In this document: positions 48,039 through 57,720 of the stretch, in pieces
How the letters are laid out: each line of letters begins with the position of its first letter
How positions within the stretch are numbered: position 1 is the first letter of the stretch
Source: Candidatus Terrybacteria bacterium RIFCSPHIGHO2_01_FULL_43_35
Lineage (GTDB): Bacteria > Patescibacteriota > Minisyncoccia > Terrybacterales > GWB1-40-14
Length of the DNA stretch: 64,000 nucleotides
Assembly: GCA_001822815.1 (NCBI GenBank)
Contig: MHSR01000013.1
Coordinates: 18,808-82,807, forward strand
Direction of reading: 5' to 3'
Program-made: the position numbers and the translations under genes
The notes under the pieces: generated by a model
The model's input: the letters and a program-made list of their open reading frames with translations, nothing else
Database searches by the model: none
Told to the model about the DNA's origin: nothing

Positions 48039-49499
48039 CTATGACGGTTCACCGAACCGTTTATCTTTTAATCCATGACTGGCCAGAATTCCAAGCAACA
48101 ACCAAAACAGTAAACGTCCTTGCTGCAAAGTCCAGGAGAAATGGTCAAAAAAACCGACAAATAAAATTAGCCCCAAAGAAATCCCGGCGGCTAAAACAAA
48201 ATTGTTGTTTTGCCAAGATAAATTCTTAATCTTTGAGGCTGTGCGATAAAAAACAGAAAGCACAAGACATATAAATATAAAAAGAGATATTAAACCGTTC
48301 TCCGCGGCTATTAAAAGATAGATATTGTGCGCCGGCTGGTAAACCCAGTCCTTTAATTTAAATCTAGGGGTGGGTTGACCGATATTTTCAACAAAGTCTC
48401 CTGGCCCAACCCCAACAAGCGGTTTGGCTTCAATCAATTCAATGGCGGTTTGATTATAAAAAAGCCTGAAGCCAACGGCCTGCTCTTCTCTCGCCACGGA
48501 AACTCTGGGCACAATAAAAGGAAAAAGGGCCAATAATACCAATACAGCTGCAACCGCATTAACAGATATGGTGAAAATAATCATACGCAAAACATCAGAA
48601 CGCGGTCTTATAGTTATTTTAGCCTTTTCCACTATGCCGGCGTGAAAATATTTTGCGATAAGGAACCCAAAAAAGATGGTTTCTCCAGCCAGTAATCCGA
48701 CCCATACAGCTCGGGAACCGCTAAGCGCTAAAGCAAAAAAAGATAGCAGCAGAAAAGAGCCAAATATTATTTTAATTAAAATTGCTCTTTTATTATCCCG
48801 ATTGTCTTTCAAGTAATTTAACAAAAGGGCGTTAATAATGAGAACGGCTACGGCCAAATATGCCGCCAAAACGTTGGGGTGAGGCGTTGTGCCATAAACA
48901 CGTATTACTGTCGCTCCCGCAACGTGCATTTTTGCAACTCCGTTTATCAACATACCCAATGGCGATTCGCCAAGCAACCGCAAGCCTAGATCACTTTGGA
49001 ATTTGAACTGTAAAAGAGCTATTAAAGATTGCGCGATCGCTCCAAGACCCATGCCCACTGCAAGAACCTTAAATAAGACATCGGGCTTAAGAAATCGCGG
49101 GATAAAAAATAGAATAAACAATTCAAGAAATTTAATAAAGGTCCAGGCGGCAATGTGCTTATTGGCCGCAAAAGCTAAAGAGGTAACGATAGTTATCAAA
49201 AATCCCAACAGAAATATTTCAACAATTACTTCTGAAAGACTCTTTTTGAATTCCTGGGTTACCTCTGCAGGATAAAATGATTGTCTCGCGATGATCAGAA
49301 AAGCGACCGCCGCAAGCAATATATCCGTTCCCCACAACCAGGCGCTTGAATATTCGTTGCCTTCAAGGCCGTGACCTAAATCGGCAAGAAAAATCCGCGT
49401 TTGAAAAGGTATGGCTAAAATAAAAAACGTAAACGCGATGGCCAAAAGGCTATCGTATTTTTTTTGTTTGCCGATAATTTTAGTTGTGCGGTCTGCCAT
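48039..49499 (-). CDS. O-antigen ligase/polymerase-like (Wzy/WaaL family) membrane protein
   Basis: About 12 TM helices with a large periplasmic loop. Family assigned by topology only. Confidence 0.45.
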   Translation of the reverse strand: MADRTTKIIGKQKKYDSLLAIAFTFFILAIPFQTRIFLADLGHGLEGNEYSSAWLWGTDILLAAVAFLIIARQSFYPAEVTQEFKKSLSEVIVEIFLLGFLITIVTSLAFAANKHIAAWTFIKFLELFILFFIPRFLKPDVLFKVLAVGMGLGAIAQSLIALLQFKFQSDLGLRLLGESPLGMLINGVAKMHVAGATVIRVYGTTPHPNVLAAYLAVAVLIINALLLNYLKDNRDNKRAILIKIIFGSFLLLSFFALALSGSRAVWVGLLAGETIFFGFLIAKYFHAGIVEKAKITIRPRSDVLRMIIFTISVNAVAAVLVLLALFPFIVPRVSVAREEQAVGFRLFYNQTAIELIEAKPLVGVGPGDFVENIGQPTPRFKLKDWVYQPAHNIYLLIAAENGLISLFIFICLVLSVFYRTASKIKNLSWQNNNFVLAAGISLGLILFVGFFDHFSWTLQQGRLLFWLLLGILASHGLKDKRFGEPS

Positions 49500-49500
49500 A

Positions 49501-50643
49501 TCAATGTGTTAGAAATACTATAGCCTCTCCTGCGATGCCGAATAAAAAAATGGTTATTAAAATCAACGGAGCAAGCTTGTTGACCCTTATAAGCGATTCA
49601 AATTCGCTCCGCTTACTAAGTTTCAAGAAAATCGCTGCTATCAATATACCGTCGACTCCGCCCAATAACGAACCAACGAAACCGATAACTGTGTTAAAAC
49701 TGCGTATACCTATCAAAAAAAGCAGCAGCGGAATAAATACCGCCGTAAATCCAGCACTGATCTTTTGGAATTTCAAATCATAATTTAGAGTATCAGCAAG
49801 ATACAGGCCGATGCTAACGAACGATGTTGCTATGGCCAAAAAACCTATTGCAAGGGCTAATTTTATAACCCACGGGTTAAGTAACAAAATGAGGCCCGTT
49901 ATGGCCTCAGTAGATGTATTTTCTCCGCTCAAGCTCAAAACAGCAAAAGTGAATAAAATATAGCTTATAAGCGGTAATGTAGAACCCAATAATATAGCTT
50001 GGCGCAGTTTATTCTTTTTGGACGTAAGTATTTCTGCCGCCTTCGGAATTGCATTTGCTCCGTAAAGTGAAAATAAAATGACTCCATATGGCAAGAAGGA
50101 ATTTTCTGGCGAACCTTGCGGAATATGCGCCAAGGCACCTTTATCCAAGAGAGCGGCTACCAAAACGCCAAGACCCAAAAACATAGCAATACTGGCTAAA
50201 ATTTCAAAACTGGCAACGGACCTTATGCCCAAAAGCACCATTGTGGAAAGTATGGCCCAAATTATAATTGCGGCTTTTTCAGGAGAAATATCTATTATGC
50301 CTTCAAGAAAAAGTGAGGTGAATTTCCCGCCGACTATCAAATAAACCAATAGTGCTCCGGAAGTTCCAATGATGGTACTGATAAAAGGAATAAATTTGAA
50401 TTTTTCGCCTAAATTATTTTCTACCAAACCGATAAGTCGTCTATGGCTGTTGCCGTTAATTTGGATGGAACCGTATAAAAGATGCAGAAACAATATAGCA
50501 CTACCCAAAATAACAAACCAAAAAAGCCCCGCCGCGGGGCCCGAACGTGCAATGGTATGAGGTAGAGCAAAAACTCCTACCCCGAATATGGTACCGGCTA
50601 TTGTGGCCGTAGCGCCCCAAAAACGCCGTTGTTCCTCGGTCAT
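49501..50643 (-). CDS. Amino acid permease-like transporter
   Basis: About 11 TM helices. The N-terminal GATATIAGTIFGVGVFALP resembles the aromatic/APC-type amino acid transporter signature. Confidence 0.5.
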   Translation of the reverse strand: MTEEQRRFWGATATIAGTIFGVGVFALPHTIARSGPAAGLFWFVILGSAILFLHLLYGSIQINGNSHRRLIGLVENNLGEKFKFIPFISTIIGTSGALLVYLIVGGKFTSLFLEGIIDISPEKAAIIIWAILSTMVLLGIRSVASFEILASIAMFLGLGVLVAALLDKGALAHIPQGSPENSFLPYGVILFSLYGANAIPKAAEILTSKKNKLRQAILLGSTLPLISYILFTFAVLSLSGENTSTEAITGLILLLNPWVIKLALAIGFLAIATSFVSIGLYLADTLNYDLKFQKISAGFTAVFIPLLLFLIGIRSFNTVIGFVGSLLGGVDGILIAAIFLKLSKRSEFESLIRVNKLAPLILITIFLFGIAGEAIVFLTH

Positions 50644-51149
50644 AACGACTCGTGGTGATCTGGTGGTTTATTATGAACAACCCAGTGTTCCGGCTCAACA
50701 CGTTTCAGAAAAAAGAAGATTAGAACGACCAAAACTGCGGTTACAACGCCTATTAAATACATACCGAAACCTATAGCCGTGCCTATGGCGGCAACAACCC
50801 AAAGTCCGGCCGACGTAGTTAAACCCTCAACACGGAAGCCTCTAAAAACTATTAATCCCGCGCCCAAAAAACCTATGCCAACAACTATCTGCGAAACTAT
50901 GCGGGTTGGATCATAATTATAACGGAAAGTGGGATCTGCTGTTTCGCTTAATGGAACCAGGTGGTTAATTCCGAGCAACGACACTATGGTAAAAAGGCAT
51001 GCGCCAAGCGAAACAAAAGAAAATGTTCTCAAGCCTGCGGATTTGCCGACAATTTCACGTTCTATACCAACGATTGCTCCGAGGCCTGCGGCAAGCAACA
51101 GACGGAAAACCGATTCTACTTCAGGAACATTATGGAAAATATCAATCAT
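50640..51149 (-). CDS. MgtC/SapB family membrane protein
   Basis: RLLLAAGLGAIVGIEREIVGKSAGLRTF matches the MgtC signature. Confidence 0.7.
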   Translation of the reverse strand: MIDIFHNVPEVESVFRLLLAAGLGAIVGIEREIVGKSAGLRTFSFVSLGACLFTIVSLLGINHLVPLSETADPTFRYNYDPTRIVSQIVVGIGFLGAGLIVFRGFRVEGLTTSAGLWVVAAIGTAIGFGMYLIGVVTAVLVVLIFFFLKRVEPEHWVVHNKPPDHHESL

Positions 51150-51169
51150 GGATAAAAATTATATTGCGT

Positions 51170-51421
51170 CTAATTAGCTAAAAATACCTTGTCTCCGGCT
51201 TTTGTTTTCTGGTCAAGTTTCATGCCTATTTCATCTCCGGTGCTAGCGCTTGCTATTGCCTTATGATCGACTTCCATAGAGGAAACTTGTTGGATGAAAT
51301 CGGCACTTGCGCCTTTAACGTGTATACTATCCCCTATTTTAAGTGGTCCTGAGAGCTTAAGTACGGCAACTCCGATATTGCCGTAAAAGTGTGTTATGGT
51401 AGCAATTTGTTTCTCTTCCAT
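51170..51421 (-). CDS. Small beta-barrel protein (83 aa), EF-Tu domain-2-like, hypothetical
   Basis: Short ORF preceding the LOG-family gene. Assignment is tentative. Confidence 0.35.
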   Translation of the reverse strand: MEEKQIATITHFYGNIGVAVLKLSGPLKIGDSIHVKGASADFIQQVSSMEVDHKAIASASTGDEIGMKLDQKTKAGDKVFLAN

Positions 51422-51425
51422 ATAT

Positions 51426-52034
51426 TTATTTTATGCGTCTTCTATTTTTTTGCGAAGACGTATTACTTCTAATATTCTTGGTTTGACTTTCTTCTAGCAA
51501 TTTTATAACTTTGGCAACTAGGCGCTTGGGATTGCTATCGTAACATATGGCTCCCGTGCCGCGATGGGCTCTGGCTACCAAGCTTTTAATAATTTCGGTT
51601 ACTCCGCCAGAACCCACCAAAACACCTATAGGTTTTTTATCCTCAAATGCAATAGTGAATTCATTGAGAGTTCCCATCCTACCGCAAATCAAAATTACGG
51701 CATCGGCGGCGCGCGTAAGCAAGAGATTGCGCCCGGAATAATCAAAACCCGTATAGACTATTATATCAAAATAATCTGTAGGTAGCCTATAAGTTTTCAC
51801 ATGAGCTTCTTCAGAGGCTGCTGGCGATAAGCCTATGGAAAGACCTCCGGCTTCTTTTGCGCCTATAGCTGCCCAATAAGGAATGCCGTTGGTCGCACCA
51901 GTAACCAAAACCCCTCCTTGCAATATTATTTCTCGTCCAACTTCTTTGGCAAATTCTGTCGCCTTAGGTGAACACCAATCTGTCTCGGCGGCTCCGGAAA
52001 CGCAAATCTTATATTTTTGATACTTATTAGACAT
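51426..52034 (-). CDS. LOG-family protein (TIGR00725-like Rossmann-fold nucleotide-binding protein)
   Basis: GGVLVTGATNGIPYWAAIGAKEAGGLSIGL...PIGVLVGSGGV motifs. ATG taken at the internal Met; the ORF track begins at an upstream TTG. Confidence 0.6.
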   Translation of the reverse strand: MSNKYQKYKICVSGAAETDWCSPKATEFAKEVGREIILQGGVLVTGATNGIPYWAAIGAKEAGGLSIGLSPAASEEAHVKTYRLPTDYFDIIVYTGFDYSGRNLLLTRAADAVILICGRMGTLNEFTIAFEDKKPIGVLVGSGGVTEIIKSLVARAHRGTGAICYDSNPKRLVAKVIKLLEESQTKNIRSNTSSQKNRRRIK

Positions 52035-52279
52035 AAAGAAGTGCAAAACGTAAAACTAAAGGCGCAAAACAAAAACCCAAGCCCTTAATATACTTTAACT
52101 CTGGATTGCTTTTACTTTTTCGCTTTGCACTTTACGCTTTTATTATACCTCGCTAGATAAATTGTGTGAAATTATTATAGAAATAAGATTAGATTAAATC
52201 ACCAAACAGCCCCGGCAACCAAAAAGTCTTGATGGACTTTTTGGTTCTCGGCTTTATCGTAATTTTCTAACGGGACAGG

Positions 52280-53644
52280 CTACAACTCGTGCTTATCGTC
52301 CATAAACGGCGCCTGCGCATCAAGATTCAAAAATTCTTTTATATGGCTGACTAAAGCCAAGGAAGCGGCTTCTTCGCCGTGGGTAACAAAAATATTTTTG
52401 GGTGGGTTTTTTATTTTGTCTAGCCAGGCTACCAAGCCTTCTTGATCGGCATGCGAAGAATAGGCTCCCAAACCCTTCACTAGGGCATTAACTCTGACGG
52501 ATTGGCCCAAAATGCGCACCGAACGCGCGCCGTCAAAAAGTCTACGGCCCAAAGAGCCGGCTGCCTGATAGCCCATAAAAAGAAGTACGGAGTTGGAGTC
52601 GGAAAGATATCGAACGGCGTGGTGCAAAATGCGCCCACCTATCATCATGCCCGAACCAGCAATGATGATTTTGGGCGGCGGTACGCCATTGATTTGTTTT
52701 GATTCGGCAACCGTCGGAGTCATAACCATACCAGGGAAGCTGAATAATTTGTCTCCTGAAGCGATCAGCTTCTTGGCTTCAACGTTATAATAATCAGGAT
52801 ATCTTTCATAAATTTTTGTAGCGTGAATGGCCAAAGGACTATCAATAAATACCGGGATGGGCGTAATTTGTTTTTGTTCAACAAATTTATCTATCTCAAA
52901 TAAAATTTCTTGTTCTTTTTCAAAAGCGAATACAGGCATCATCAATACGCCTTTGTTAGCTATAACTTTTTCTATTATCGTTTCCAGTTTTTTATTACGC
53001 TCATCTCTTACTTCGTGTATTTTATTTCCATAAGTAGACTCGATTATCACGTAATCGGCTTGTTCAACTGCTTCCGTGGGTTTCAGTAGAGGCGTAGGCG
53101 GATTACCTAAATCCCCGGAAAAAACTATTGTCTTCCCTTCTATCTTTAATTCTATTATTGATGAGCCCAGGACGTGCCCCGCATCAAGTAACCTGAAGGA
53201 TATATCGGGGGCCAGCTTAGTCTCTTCTCTATAATTGACGGTTTTGAATTGCCTAATGGTCTCAGTAACATCGGCGTCAAAATACAACGGTTTTCCGCCG
53301 ATATCCTGGGATTCTTGGAGCATCAGCTCGGCTGCGTCGCGCAAAAGTATCTCGGCAAAATCTTTTGTCGGAGGCGTAGAATAAATAGATCCGCGATAAC
53401 CTTCCTTTACCAACTTTGGTAATTTGCCCGTATGATCCATGTGGGCATGAGTTATCAGCACTGCGTCCAGTTCACTTGGCTCAAAAACAAATGGCTTAAT
53501 GTTTGCGCCCTCATAGAAACGACAATCTTGGGACATTCCACAATCGACCAAAATCTTTTGGCCTTCGGTTTCAATTAAATACTGTGAGCCGGTAACCTTG
53601 CGCGCCGCTCCCAAAAAAGAAAGGGTCACTGACATATGACCCAT
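52280..53644 (-). CDS. Beta-CASP MBL-fold RNA-metabolising hydrolase (RNase J/CPSF-like)
   Basis: HAHMDHTG metallo-beta-lactamase motif plus beta-CASP-like and RNA-specificity regions. 454 aa. Confidence 0.65.
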   Translation of the reverse strand: MGHMSVTLSFLGAARKVTGSQYLIETEGQKILVDCGMSQDCRFYEGANIKPFVFEPSELDAVLITHAHMDHTGKLPKLVKEGYRGSIYSTPPTKDFAEILLRDAAELMLQESQDIGGKPLYFDADVTETIRQFKTVNYREETKLAPDISFRLLDAGHVLGSSIIELKIEGKTIVFSGDLGNPPTPLLKPTEAVEQADYVIIESTYGNKIHEVRDERNKKLETIIEKVIANKGVLMMPVFAFEKEQEILFEIDKFVEQKQITPIPVFIDSPLAIHATKIYERYPDYYNVEAKKLIASGDKLFSFPGMVMTPTVAESKQINGVPPPKIIIAGSGMMIGGRILHHAVRYLSDSNSVLLFMGYQAAGSLGRRLFDGARSVRILGQSVRVNALVKGLGAYSSHADQEGLVAWLDKIKNPPKNIFVTHGEEAASLALVSHIKEFLNLDAQAPFMDDKHEL

Positions 53645-53676
53645 TATACATTGAAATTCTGTTTTTAAACTAACTG

Positions 53677-53916
53677 CTAAGTCTTGATCTTACGGGCTTT
53701 AAGTCTTCGGTAAAAAAGGCTTAAAAAAATCATGGCCGATAAACTAAAAAACACAAAACTGCCGGCGTTGGCAAGCGCCGGATCCACGTAAGGCAGGGTC
53801 CAATGCCAAAAATTGACCCACAGAGCCTTGTCTCCCTGAGCCTGAAGAAAATCCCTTACTGCATGGTAAAAGGATAGTACCGCGGCTGTAAGATACACGA
53901 AATTTATACTGTCCAT
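53677..53916 (-). CDS. Small membrane protein (79 aa), hypothetical
   Basis: Two predicted TM helices. Confidence 0.35.
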   Translation of the reverse strand: MDSINFVYLTAAVLSFYHAVRDFLQAQGDKALWVNFWHWTLPYVDPALANAGSFVFFSLSAMIFLSLFYRRLKARKIKT

Positions 53917-53967
53917 ATAGAATGTATAAGTTATATAATAAGATTTACTTTTAAAATAATCAATGCT

Positions 53968-54020
53968 GTGCCCCCGCGAGGAATTGAACCCCGATTTCAG
54001 CCTCCGGCTTGCCCCGCGCT
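53968..54020 (-). pseudogene. Degenerate partial copy of the 3' half of tRNA-Arg (T-arm plus acceptor 3' strand). It cannot form a complete cloverleaf.
   Basis: The minus-strand sequence CCGGAGGCTGAAATCGGGGTTCAATTCCTCGCGGGGGCACA parallels the tRNA-Arg 3' half (CCGGAGGAGGAGACTGGGGGTTCGATTCCTCTCGAGGACA). No matching 5' acceptor strand. Confidence 0.55.
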
Positions 54021-54040
54021 AAATTTGTATTACCTGTGCG

Positions 54041-54113
54041 TGTCCTCGAGAGGAATCGAACCCCCAGTCTCCTCCTCCGGAGGGAGGCGTTTTATCCATT
54101 AAACTACGAGGAC
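54041..54113 (-). tRNA. tRNA-Arg (anticodon CCG), no encoded CCA
   Basis: Manual cloverleaf on the minus strand: acceptor GTCCTCG/CGAGGAC, D-stem GTTT/AAAC, anticodon stem CCTCC/GGAGG with loop CTCCGGA, T-loop TTCGATT. Confidence 0.8.
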
Positions 54114-54481
54114 AAATTTTAGTGCGAGGGCGTTGTCAGCCACCTTATGATAAAGTCGCGTGCGATTTTTGCCACGCCGTAGCGTGATCCCACCTTCTTA
54201 AAAAATTAAATAACTGTGACAGAAAAATGCGAATCCGCCTGTGGCGGAAACTATAAGCGCATTATACATCTATAACTACCTTTGAAAAGTTTATTTGTTC
54301 AACGATAGTACCCGCCGCATGCGCTTTTCTTTGATTGTTTTTGACATAGATATAGCCATTTCTCATTGTGGAGAAAACCGCCATATGTGTCTGCACATTA
54401 CCACTATGTATTGACTTTTTCTATAATAAGTATATACTATATTTACTCAGTTCTCACCAGCATACCAAAAAGGAGCTCTCC

Positions 54482-54712
54482 ATGTTTCGGCTATTCGCCT
54501 GGCTCCAATCACACAACTCCTTTAAGACAAGTGATAGACAATGTCGGCTTTGTCGTCTCAATCCCGGACGATGCCCCGTGTGTAGGGGGTCCCGCATCGT
54601 ACCAGGCCTCCTTTTGGGCTACCCGTGTTTGTTATGTAAAAACTCCTCGGGAATCTGTCCGGACTGCGACGGCAACGGCGTCCGCGAAGAGGCGCCTGCA
54701 AACGGTGGCTAA
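54482..54712 (+). CDS. Small cysteine-rich protein (76 aa) with four CxxC repeats resembling a DnaJ-type zinc-finger (CxxCxGxG) domain
   Basis: CRLC, CPVCRGSR, CLLC and CPDCDGNG motifs. AAAGGAG SD 7 nt upstream of the ATG. GC-rich relative to its flanks. Terminator hairpin at 54925-54955. Confidence 0.55.
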   Translation: MFRLFAWLQSHNSFKTSDRQCRLCRLNPGRCPVCRGSRIVPGLLLGYPCLLCKNSSGICPDCDGNGVREEAPANGG

Positions 54713-55139
54713 AAAGCTTCATTGCTTCAAAATCTCCGGTTCGATAGAAACCCCTCGTGCGCATATCCCAGACGAGTACACGACCGCCCATTCTGCGGCA
54801 CGGGCAATGCGAAATGTTGCGAGGCGCTTAGAGGAACGGTATGGACTCGCCGAAGGCGCTCTTTATACTGGAAACCTCAGGGCGGTCCCGTGCAACGAGG
54901 ACCAACCCAACGATAAAAAAATCCCGTAGCAATACGGGATATTATTACGCCAGCGAAACGTGGCGTTCGTTGAATGTTTCCGGCCCCATGTTGGCTTCGC
55001 TACATCTTTATCCGCCCGTTCTGCGCGTTGCGAAGCCGGCGCTGAAACAAAAACTTTTCCCGCACGAAACGCCCGCGAAACGCGCTGGGTGTTCTATACG
55101 CAACTTTGTCACGTTTTGCCGCTTTCATTGAGTATTTTT

Positions 55140-55379
55140 TCATAATCTTAAACTCGGCAATATGGCCCCTCGTTGTTCAATCCATCCACGGTGATATATT
55201 TCTATACCATCCTGCAATATGAGCAAAAACCAGAATATGGCAATTAACAACGCGATCTTGAACCAATTTTCTTTCGCGAAGTTTACTATTTTTTTTGAGT
55301 AGTGTTGATTTTCCCATATAAAGTTAATAAAAAATATAAGACTTACGCGCTTACCTTTTTGAGCGGATTCCGAGGCCAT
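55140..55379 (-). CDS. Small membrane protein (79 aa), hypothetical
   Basis: Central hydrophobic helix (IALLIAIFWFLLIL). Confidence 0.35.
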   Translation of the reverse strand: MASESAQKGKRVSLIFFINFIWENQHYSKKIVNFAKENWFKIALLIAIFWFLLILQDGIEIYHRGWIEQRGAILPSLRL

Positions 55380-55481
55380 TTTGGCATGGTTCCCGAGCGC
55401 GAGCGAGGGACAAAATGGCCAAGGCCTCGGAGCCCCGCGCTGGCGGGGCGAGAATGAGTGAGAAAAGAGTAAGCGTGTAAG

Positions 55482-56003
55482 TCAAATATACCTATCCGCC
55501 ACTACTGACGCGGCTATAGACTCTGGCTTCCATTTAATATTTTCCAAAGGAAAACCGTAACCCAAAAGCATGCCAATTATTTCACGCATAATAACCGAGG
55601 TGCGGCCCGACTCCCCCACATCGGCATGCACTTCAATATTATTAGATATGTCTTCACCTAAAATCTGCTTGAGTCGCGATCTTAATTCTACCGTCAAGGT
55701 TCCGGTCAAAATAACCTCTTGATAAATCCTTTTGGGGTGGAAACCGCCGCTTTTATATTCTTTACCCTTGCCCCAGGTTATAGTTCTCCAGGCTCGCGCG
55801 CCGTGGCCAACTCGCCAAAGAACAATCGCGGAGACAAATTTGACTTCGCCGTTTATTTCTTCTGAATCCGTGCCGACCGAAACTTTAAAATTATCTCCTG
55901 GCATTGAGCTGTATGAGGCGACAATAAAATCAACTACTTCCAAGAAGGAGCAGGATCCGCTGGTTATGCTCAAAAATGGCTGTTCGGATAAATTATTATC
56001 CAT
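55482..56003 (-). CDS. Hypothetical protein (DUF458/YkuK-like, possible RNase H-like fold), last gene of the Bat-like operon
   Basis: ORF immediately downstream of the batA-like gene. Family assignment is tentative. An alternative start exists at 56039. Confidence 0.4.
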   Translation of the reverse strand: MDNNLSEQPFLSITSGSCSFLEVVDFIVASYSSMPGDNFKVSVGTDSEEINGEVKFVSAIVLWRVGHGARAWRTITWGKGKEYKSGGFHPKRIYQEVILTGTLTVELRSRLKQILGEDISNNIEVHADVGESGRTSVIMREIIGMLLGYGFPLENIKWKPESIAASVVADRYI

Positions 56004-56051
56004 GTTGGGCACTTTAACAAAAGAATAACCTCCATGCAAACGCGTGGAGGT

Positions 56052-57101
56052 TTATTTAACTTTACTTGGTTTTTGTGAAATTCTTTTGCCGATTAATCGA
56101 AACGGGTTAAAAACATCTATTCTTTCGATATAAAGAGTGAAATATGCCAGCAGAGCCAGTATCGCTATCAGGAAAAATGGCGCAGATATGTTCTCATAAA
56201 CCTTGACAACAATCATGGCGTCAACAGGACCTTGACCAATGACGTCTTTCAATGCCCCGGCTAAATTCTCGGCATTATTCTCGGTAAAGAATTGTCCGCC
56301 TGTTTCTGAAGCCAAATAGCGAAGTTCCGTGTCATAGACCAGCAGAGGTTTCGGATCATATCCTGTTACCTGTCTGGTTTTTTTGTCGCGCAACCAGATA
56401 TGCTCTGAATTGTCGCCGATATTTACGGCAAAAACCTTGATGCTTTGGTTCTTTAAGTAACGGATGGAATCCGGGGTGTGGGGCTCGACGATGTCGCCAT
56501 CGCTAATCACAACAATGATCTTCTTTTGGGTTTTAGGTGTAAACTCGGTCGGCAATCTATACATGGCTTGCCAGACTTCGCTACAGTTATCTCTGTTGGT
56601 GCATGCCTTCTGCAAAGAGCCGGCAACGAGATTCACATTCAACATGTCATCCAAAGTCGAAAAGGATGTGGTGAACGGCACTTGCGGCACTGTTATGTTC
56701 GTAAAAGCATAAACTGCTATCGGAATGCCGGGTAATTCACCAGCAACTTCTCTGATTAGATCCTTGGCTCTGTCTATACGAAGTAGTGAATCGGCCTGTT
56801 TGGATCCGGCCATGCTGGCTGAAAGATCAACCGCAAACATGATTTGCACGTCAGATCTGGCAGGCACGGACTTTACGGTCTTTTCGGTATTGATTTGCGG
56901 CTGAGCCAAACCCGTCGCCATGGCAGATATAAATACCAGGCCCAAGATTAGTTGTCCGCGTATAGAAAGACTCTTGGGTTCTTGGCTGAAGCCAATTTTC
57001 TTGCCCAAACTAATCTTAAACGCACGGTCTTTGACTAACACGACAACGAAAGGGATTAACAACAGTATGAGCAGAAAGGCATGAGGCTCCAATAGAGTCA
57101 T
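56052..57101 (-). CDS. VWA domain protein, BatA-like (N-terminal TM anchor)
   Basis: MTLLEPHAFLLILLLIPFVV N-terminus. vWA MIDAS region (FAVDLSASM). Confidence 0.65.
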   Translation of the reverse strand: MTLLEPHAFLLILLLIPFVVVLVKDRAFKISLGKKIGFSQEPKSLSIRGQLILGLVFISAMATGLAQPQINTEKTVKSVPARSDVQIMFAVDLSASMAGSKQADSLLRIDRAKDLIREVAGELPGIPIAVYAFTNITVPQVPFTTSFSTLDDMLNVNLVAGSLQKACTNRDNCSEVWQAMYRLPTEFTPKTQKKIIVVISDGDIVEPHTPDSIRYLKNQSIKVFAVNIGDNSEHIWLRDKKTRQVTGYDPKPLLVYDTELRYLASETGGQFFTENNAENLAGALKDVIGQGPVDAMIVVKVYENISAPFFLIAILALLAYFTLYIERIDVFNPFRLIGKRISQKPSKVK

Positions 57102-57102
57102 C

Positions 57103-57720
57103 TTAATACCCTCCTTGCCCAGGATCTATGCCGCCTGGCCCTTCATCCTGCCCTCCTCCAGGATCGACTCCAGAAGGCGCGGACGACATTCCGTTGTCGG
57201 TATAGAACCTGCGCAGTAATTCCAAATTCCATTTGGCATCAACATTATTAGGATCTATATCAAGAACTTCTTCATAGAATTGTTCAGCGGCTTCTAGGGC
57301 TTGAGCGTTCTTATACAACATGCCCTGTTCAAGCAAAATTGTAGCTATGGCGAATGCTGAACGGCTAAGAACGTAATCATTACCCTCCTTTTTGGCTTCA
57401 TCATAGGCTGCAGCAAACCCATCCAACGCGTCACCCAACCAAAATGAATATTTATTGAGCGTAAAGTAAAGATGGTATTTACTCAAAGCGTCGTTATAAA
57501 GGGACGTCTCTTTGTTCTGTTGGCTGACAATCGGGGATAGAGATTTCCAAGCAATAGCTTTGGTTTGGCCTGCAGAAAATGCTATCGCGTCGCGCCTAGC
57601 CTGTATTTCATCATGCGACATGGTGAGGCTCCAAAAAATGAGTATGACACCGAGTATAGCCGCCAAAAGTATAGGCGGAACAGCCATCCCTTTCTTGAAT
57701 ACCAGAACTGGTCTGTTCAT
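57103..57720 (-). CDS. TPR-repeat membrane protein, BatC-like
   Basis: N-terminal TM helix, TPR-like helical repeats, Gly/Pro-rich C-terminus. Confidence 0.5.
   Translation of the reverse strand: MNRPVLVFKKGMAVPPILLAAILGVILIFWSLTMSHDEIQARRDAIAFSAGQTKAIAWKSLSPIVSQQNKETSLYNDALSKYHLYFTLNKYSFWLGDALDGFAAAYDEAKKEGNDYVLSRSAFAIATILLEQGMLYKNAQALEAAEQFYEEVLDIDPNNVDAKWNLELLRRFYTDNGMSSAPSGVDPGGGQDEGPGGIDPGQGGY

Noticed and set aside
54366-54929. 187-aa ORF overlapping the Cys-rich gene in another frame
   Set aside because: No RBS, an odd composition, and it overlaps the much better supported SD-preceded 76-aa four-times-CxxC ORF. Likely spurious.
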